This document shows positions 59,010 to 64,000 of a DNA stretch of 64,000 bases, one piece after another; the stretch's first letter is position 1; every line of letters begins with the position of its first letter. The notes below the pieces were generated by a model. It ran no database searches and was not told where the DNA came from. It saw only the letters and a list, made by a program, of their open reading frames with translations. Source of the DNA: Candidatus Doudnabacteria bacterium (GTDB lineage Bacteria > Patescibacteriota > Doudnabacteria > UBA920 > O2-02-FULL-48-8); assembly GCA_016199215.1 (NCBI GenBank), contig JACQHB010000006.1, positions 3,642 to 67,641 of the forward strand, in the 5' to 3' direction. The position numbers and the translations under genes were made by a program.

Positions 59010-60068
59010 TTACCTCGGGATTTGCTCAAACTCGGTAATCACCAAAACGTCCTTCAGGTTTTCCAAATCCTCCAAAACAATGCCCGCTCCCCGCACCACG
59101 GCTGTCAGGGGATCATCCGCTACCGTCACCGGCATTTGGGTTTCCTGCTCAATCAGTTTATCCAAACCCCGGAGCAGGGCCCCGCCGCCGGCAAGAGTGA
59201 TCCCTTTTTCCATGATGTCAGCAACCAGTTCCGGAGGGGTTTCTTCAACCGCGGCCTTGATGCTGTTGACAATGACCCGGATAGACCGCTGAAGCGCGGA
59301 TCGTATCTGGTCGTCCGTAACCGTAACTTCTTTAGGCAGTCCAGTGACCAAATCCCTTCCGCGAATCTGCGCCTTTAATTTCTCTTTAATAGCAGAAGCA
59401 GATCCTATCTTAATCTTTACTTCCTCGGCTGTGCGCTCGCCGAGCAAAAGGTTAAATTCATCCCTGGCGAATTGGATTATATTCTCGTTCATTTCATCCC
59501 CCGCGATCCGGATGCTTTTGGATATCACGATGCCGCCCAAAGATATAACCGCGATTTCCGAAGTGCCGCCGCCGATATCAACAATCAATGAACCTGTCGG
59601 GTCCTGCACTGGAAGCCTTGCTCCAATAGCCGCGGCCATCGGCTCCTCAATTAGAAAAGCAGACCGGGCGCCCGCGTTGAGAGTCGCGTCCTGCACCGCG
59701 CGCTTTTCAACTTCCGTAACCCCCGAAGGGATTCCCACCACAACCCTCGGCCGGGACAAAAAACTGAACGCGGCCTGGTTCACTTTTTCTATGAAATACC
59801 GCAACATCTGCTCCGTAATTTCAAAATCGGAGATTACGCCGTCCACCAAAGGCCGGTGCGCCACAATGTGGCCTGGGGTTCTCCCAACCATTCTTTTTGC
59901 TTCATCCCCAATTGCCAAAATCTGCTTGGTCTTCTGGTTTATCGCGACCACTGAAGGTTCATTAATAACAATACCCTTGCCATGGACATAGACAAGAGTA
60001 TTGGCTGTTCCCAAATCAATCCCTATATCTTTAGAAAATTTATCGTAAACAAGATCTAAAATAGCCAT
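59010..60068 (-). CDS. mreB: rod shape-determining protein MreB
   Basis: DIGIDLGTANTLVY, DIGGGTSEIAV and the actin-fold motifs. Confidence 0.92.
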   Translation of the reverse strand: MAILDLVYDKFSKDIGIDLGTANTLVYVHGKGIVINEPSVVAINQKTKQILAIGDEAKRMVGRTPGHIVAHRPLVDGVISDFEITEQMLRYFIEKVNQAAFSFLSRPRVVVGIPSGVTEVEKRAVQDATLNAGARSAFLIEEPMAAAIGARLPVQDPTGSLIVDIGGGTSEIAVISLGGIVISKSIRIAGDEMNENIIQFARDEFNLLLGERTAEEVKIKIGSASAIKEKLKAQIRGRDLVTGLPKEVTVTDDQIRSALQRSIRVIVNSIKAAVEETPPELVADIMEKGITLAGGGALLRGLDKLIEQETQMPVTVADDPLTAVVRGAGIVLEDLENLKDVLVITEFEQIPR

Positions 60069-60165
60069 TGTCGAATAATTACTGAAAAGGAATTGTTTTT
60101 ATATTTATTTTTTGACTCAGTATTTTTCTAAATTGTAATTTAAATCTAATTGATTGTAAAACTAG

Positions 60166-61623
60166 TTAATAGCTTTGCGCAAACAACCATTTCCTTCTGG
60201 CTTTTTTTCCACAGGCAAAGCACTTCAAATCTTCATTTTGATTGATATTTTCAAGCTCCAAAACGCGGGGAGTCGCTTTTGTGTCCGCCTTCACGCGATT
60301 TTCACATTCCAAATCTTCGCACCAAGGGACGCGGATAAAAGCCTTTTGCTTTCCAAGAATGCGCTTGAATTCGTGAATCTCGTCTGCTTCCAAAGTAAGC
60401 GCTAATTTAGTCTCTTCGGACTTTTTATATAAATCGGACTGGATTTGCTCAAGCAAATCTGCCACAGACTTTTCCAAACCGGCAAATTTTAATTGACCTT
60501 TTTCGAAATTATCCCGTCGAACATACTGTATGGTCTCGCTTTCCAATTCCTTAGCGCCCAATTCAAGCCTAAGGGATACTCCCTTAAGTTCCCATTTGTT
60601 AATTCTGAATCCCAAGGAAGATTTAAAATCATCATCTATTACCGCGTTAATGCCTTTCTCCACCAGTTCGCTGTGTATTTCAGCGGTTTTTTGAGAAATT
60701 TTCTCCTGAATTTTTACATCCTTGCTGACAATCGGCAATATAACAACTTGGGTAAAAGCGATTTTTGGCGGTAGAACCAAACCTGAATCATCGCCATGGG
60801 TCAAAACTAGACCACCGATTGCCCGAGTAGAAAGCCCCCACGACGTTTGGAACGGATTAACCTTTTTTCCGGTTTCATCCAAAAATTCAATGCCGAAAAC
60901 TTTGGAAAAATTATCAGACAAGTTATGAGAAGTCGCGGCCTGCAAAGCTTTTCCATCTGGCATTACCAATTCTATGGAATAAGTTTCCCTTGCTCCGGCA
61001 AAAGTTTCGCCTTTGCTTTTCAATCCAGCATAAACCGAAAGCGCAAAATAATCTTCATAAAATTTCTTGTACCAACCAAGCGCTTTCAGTACCATTTCTT
61101 CAGCCTCCCCCGGCGTGCGGTGCACAGTATGTCCTTCCTGCCATAGAAATTCAGATGTTCGAAGAAAAGGATAAGTCCGCTTCTCCCATCTGACAATATT
61201 GCACCATTGGTTGACTTTCAAAGGCAAATCACGCCAACTTTGAATCCAATCAACAAAAGTTTTGTACATTATGGTTTCCGAAGTCGGCCGAATAACCAGC
61301 GGTTCGCTAAGTTTTTCTCCACCAGCATGTTCAACTACGGCCAGCTCTGGTGAAAATCCTTGCAAATGCTCTTTTTCTTTTTTGATTAAAGAATAAGGAA
61401 TAAATAATGGAAAATAAACATTGCGCACGCCATCTTTTTTAAACCAAGAATCAAGTATGCTTTGCACTTTTTCCCAAATCGAATAACCATCAGGCTTGAT
61501 TATCATTGCACCTTTAACTTCGGAGTAATCAGCCAATCCCGCTCGCAAAACCACGTCATGATACCAGTCGGAAATGTTCTCTGATTTTTTTGTCAGCCCT
61601 TTTTTTTCGTATGTCTTAACCAT
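60166..61623 (-). CDS. proS: proline--tRNA ligase (archaeal/eukaryote-like type)
   Basis: Start at MVKTYEKK (ATG 61621-61623), 6 nt after TATAAT (61630-61635, minus). Class II motifs are present, plus a C-terminal zinc-ribbon-like CEDLECE...CFACGK. Confidence 0.9.
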   Translation of the reverse strand: MVKTYEKKGLTKKSENISDWYHDVVLRAGLADYSEVKGAMIIKPDGYSIWEKVQSILDSWFKKDGVRNVYFPLFIPYSLIKKEKEHLQGFSPELAVVEHAGGEKLSEPLVIRPTSETIMYKTFVDWIQSWRDLPLKVNQWCNIVRWEKRTYPFLRTSEFLWQEGHTVHRTPGEAEEMVLKALGWYKKFYEDYFALSVYAGLKSKGETFAGARETYSIELVMPDGKALQAATSHNLSDNFSKVFGIEFLDETGKKVNPFQTSWGLSTRAIGGLVLTHGDDSGLVLPPKIAFTQVVILPIVSKDVKIQEKISQKTAEIHSELVEKGINAVIDDDFKSSLGFRINKWELKGVSLRLELGAKELESETIQYVRRDNFEKGQLKFAGLEKSVADLLEQIQSDLYKKSEETKLALTLEADEIHEFKRILGKQKAFIRVPWCEDLECENRVKADTKATPRVLELENINQNEDLKCFACGKKARRKWLFAQSY

Positions 61624-61765
61624 AAGGCAATTATACATTATCTTGACCTAATGAGCAAAACACTATTTGATTTAATAATTCCACACCAAACGCACTTCCG
61701 AGCAACCCTGATAATGATCACGTTGCTGATGCCTGCGATCATTCTAGGTTTCCTGAAACAGCCAC

Positions 61766-61805
61766 CATACGTGTTTTAGACGATCGTCGATTTGACGTAT
61801 AATCG
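61766..61805. repeat. 40-bp direct repeat, copy 1 (CATACGTGTTTTAGACGATCGTCGATTTGACGTATAATCG)
   Basis: Perfectly identical to 62330-62369. Contains the near-palindrome TAGACGATCGTCGA. Confidence 0.9.
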
Positions 61806-61810
61806 TTTGA

Positions 61811-62332
61811 TCATTGAACTAAAACGCGGCCCTCGAGAACGCTCACATAAGGATCTATCTTCAACTCCGCAAGCAATTCCTTAAACTCCGGATGCAGTTC
61901 CCATGGCCCAATCATGACGCTCTTCTGCAGGTTTATAAATCCGTTGATCTTTAAAAATTGGCGTAAAAAATTTCGCGCCTTTCTTTTCTCTTCCGGTATG
62001 TCAAAAATCACGATGGTGGAAAAACCGTTGTCCTTGCGCTTTTTTCCCGCTTGGCTGTAACTGTACCGTAAACTTTTTGCTCTCCCTAAATCCGTGATGA
62101 TATAGTAAGCCTTTTTGTTCTTTTCAACCTTTTTCACTAATCCCTGGCGTTTCAGATCCCAAAAAGCGCGAGAAATCTTGTACCGTTCGTAATTGTTTAA
62201 CCTTCGTATATACTGATACTTGCCCTCAAACGGATACGGGACCATTTCACCAACATCGCGAAGAAAACAGAGGATCTCCTCAGTGATTCTTTTTGCGTAT
62301 CGCTTTATCTTTGTTTCTGGCGCCGCCTTCAT
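61811..62332 (-). CDS. PaaX-like winged-helix regulator (wHTH plus Cas2/PaaX_C-like C-terminal domain)
   Basis: 173 aa. N-terminal wHTH-like segment (ISRAFWDLKRQGLVKK). The C-terminal IVIFDIPEEKRKARNFLRQFLKINGFINLQKSVMIGPW matches the PaaX-type pattern as I recall it. Confidence 0.55.
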   Translation of the reverse strand: MKAAPETKIKRYAKRITEEILCFLRDVGEMVPYPFEGKYQYIRRLNNYERYKISRAFWDLKRQGLVKKVEKNKKAYYIITDLGRAKSLRYSYSQAGKKRKDNGFSTIVIFDIPEEKRKARNFLRQFLKINGFINLQKSVMIGPWELHPEFKELLAELKIDPYVSVLEGRVLVQ

Positions 62333-62369
62333 ACGTGTTTTAGACGATCGTCGATTTGACGTATAATCG
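62330..62369. repeat. 40-bp direct repeat, copy 2
   Basis: Starts exactly at the regulator start codon (CAT at 62330-62332 is ATG on the minus strand) and covers its immediate upstream region. Confidence 0.9.
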
Positions 62370-62371
62370 CT

Positions 62372-63499
62372 TTACAAAATGTTTTTGATCCGGTCCAGGA
62401 TATTAAACTTGCTTACGTCCTTTACCGTTACAAAAAGCATCAATAAAATCAACAAAGCAAAGCCTACCGTATTGGCAATCGCCTCGGCCTGCTGCGGCAG
62501 TTTTTTCCCTCGAATTTTCTCGATTGCCAAGAAAAGCACCCTTCCACCGTCCAAAGCCGGGAACGGAATGGCGTTGATTACCGCCAAATTAACAGAAAGC
62601 ACTGCCGTAAACTGCATTAGATAAACAAAACCAAGTTGGGCCACATCTCTGGTAAGAACCGCTATCCCGACTGGGCCTGCCAATCCTACGTTCACTCCCT
62701 GACCCGAAATCCAATGGCTTATAACGAACCAAAACGCGCTTATTGTGGCTACAAGCAACCGAAATGCCGCGACTATTCCCTGCGGGATAACTTGATACCA
62801 GGGATATCTTACATAGCCAACAGAGGCCAAAGCCACTCCCAAACGGCCTTCATCAGGCGGAGGGTCAAGCCTTGGCGTAATTGTTGCCCTTATCTCGTCC
62901 TTCCCCCGTTTAAACAAATACTCGGTTGCTTTTCCCGCGCTGACCTGGGTTGCTTCCTGCATCTGCTCAACAGAATCAATCGTAAGGCCATTGACTGCCA
63001 AAATCCTGTCTCCGACCTTTACCCCAGCTTCTTGAGCCGGGCTTGCAGGAGCCACGCTTATAATTGCCACGGAAACATCGCGAATTTGCGCGTTTTTTGG
63101 AAGCTGCTCGCCTTCAACCACTACCGTGGGCAAACCGATGCCTGCGCCGATGCTCATCAAAACCGCGGCCAGGACAAAATTCATTGAGACGCCGGCGATC
63201 AAAACCCAAAACCTTTTGCCAGCGCTCTTGCTGGCAAAACTTCGCGGATCCTCACTGTCTCCATTTTCGCCCAAAATTTTCACAAATCCCCCCAAAGGGA
63301 TCCAATTGATCGAATAGATTGTCTCTCCCCGCTTGAGTCCAAACATCCTTGGAGGGAAACCAAAGCCGAATTCCTCCACTTTCATTCCGGCTCTTTTGGC
63401 AACAATAAAATGGCCGAGCTCGTGCACAAACACGAGCAGGCCAAGAATTATTACAAAAATAACTATGGTAAGTAAAATCATGGCTAGTTGCAAGTTCAT
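62372..63499 (-). CDS. rseP: RIP zinc metalloprotease RseP (site-2 protease)
   Basis: HELGHFIVAKRAGMKVEEFGFGFPP, a PDZ segment, and the C-terminal NAIPFPALDGG. Confidence 0.85.
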   Translation of the reverse strand: MNLQLAMILLTIVIFVIILGLLVFVHELGHFIVAKRAGMKVEEFGFGFPPRMFGLKRGETIYSINWIPLGGFVKILGENGDSEDPRSFASKSAGKRFWVLIAGVSMNFVLAAVLMSIGAGIGLPTVVVEGEQLPKNAQIRDVSVAIISVAPASPAQEAGVKVGDRILAVNGLTIDSVEQMQEATQVSAGKATEYLFKRGKDEIRATITPRLDPPPDEGRLGVALASVGYVRYPWYQVIPQGIVAAFRLLVATISAFWFVISHWISGQGVNVGLAGPVGIAVLTRDVAQLGFVYLMQFTAVLSVNLAVINAIPFPALDGGRVLFLAIEKIRGKKLPQQAEAIANTVGFALLILLMLFVTVKDVSKFNILDRIKNIL

Positions 63500-63561
63500 A
63501 AAGTGACAAGTTATAAAGTCCCGGGACTTTACGAACTTTATAAACTTTATGAACTTTTTAC

Positions 63562-64000
63562 TTAAATCGTCATTACTTCCTTTTCCTTCGCTTCCGCGGC
63601 CTTTTTTATCTCCTCGTTATACTTGTCAACCATTTTTTGCAAATCTTCCTTGCCGCGAATCTTGTCATCTTCAGAAATTTTCCCGTCTTTTTCCAAGGCC
63701 TGTATCTGTTTCCAGGTTTCTTCCCGTATATTTCGGACTGAAACCCTGGCTTTCTCCGCGACCTGCCCGACAACTTTTACCAGTTCCCCCCGCCGCTCTT
63801 CGGTCATCTGCGGAATAGCAAGCCTTACAAAATTCCCGTCATTTGAAGGATTAATCCCGATGTTGGACGCCTGGATGGCTTTTTCTATATCTTTAATCGC
63901 GCTCTTATCGTAAGGCTGGATGGAAATAATCCTGGCTTCAGGAACCGTGATTTGCGCAAGCTGGATTAAGGGGGTTCTTGTCCCATAATAATCGATTTCC
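63562..64000 (-). CDS. frr: ribosome recycling factor (3' part; 5' end beyond the window)
   Basis: The reading frame stays open to position 64000. ...IGINPSNDGNFVRLAIPQMTEERRGELVKVVGQVAEKARVSVRNIRE is the canonical Frr sequence. Confidence 0.85.
   Translation of the reverse strand, partial: EIDYYGTRTPLIQLAQITVPEARIISIQPYDKSAIKDIEKAIQASNIGINPSNDGNFVRLAIPQMTEERRGELVKVVGQVAEKARVSVRNIREETWKQIQALEKDGKISEDDKIRGKEDLQKMVDKYNEEIKKAAEAKEKEVMTI

Overview
This is a gene-dense, mostly minus-strand 64-kb stretch of a low-GC bacterial chromosome. Hand counts give about 35% GC in typical native sequence. All product calls rest on motifs I recognise in the supplied translations; no database search was run.

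The housekeeping backbone includes dnaX, dnaB, recR, cysS, serS, lysS, proS, greA, frr, rplU, alr, ftsQ, rseP, an archaeal-type pyrH, and mreB-mreC-mreD-PBP2. It also includes a WecA/GT2/GT39 envelope glycosylation cluster and one tRNA-Gln(UUG). The repertoire (DUF5663-like protein, several giant uncharacterised proteins, archaeal-type ProRS and UMP kinase) fits a small-genome Patescibacteria/CPR-like organism. That placement is inference.

The left ~13 kb, ending at the 3' side of tRNA-Gln, is accessory-like. It holds the most unusual structure in the window: a run of small unrelated same-strand genes (TspO, a 98-aa protein, HAD, ArsR, HIT+GIY-YIG). They are separated by a conserved 21-34 nt palindrome-containing junction repeat. 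One truncated arsR paralogue sits between the two halves of a split repeat. No recombinase is visible.

Other notable points:
- At least seven short, visibly GC-rich (~55-60%) islets interrupt the low-GC backbone, each with its own AGGAGG ribosome-binding site and hairpin terminator. One is a frameshifted DUF397 gene; another is a two-gene island abutting a decayed reverse-transcriptase gene.
- A promoter-to-terminator ~165-nt structured RNA candidate of unknown family lies at 12732-12900.
- Three families of small inverted-repeat elements occur in intergenic regions.
- A perfect 40-bp direct repeat brackets a PaaX-like regulator.
- A VirD4/HerA-like ATPase is clustered with two >800-aa uncharacterised proteins.
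- There are no rRNA genes, no CRISPR array and no intact transposase or integrase.
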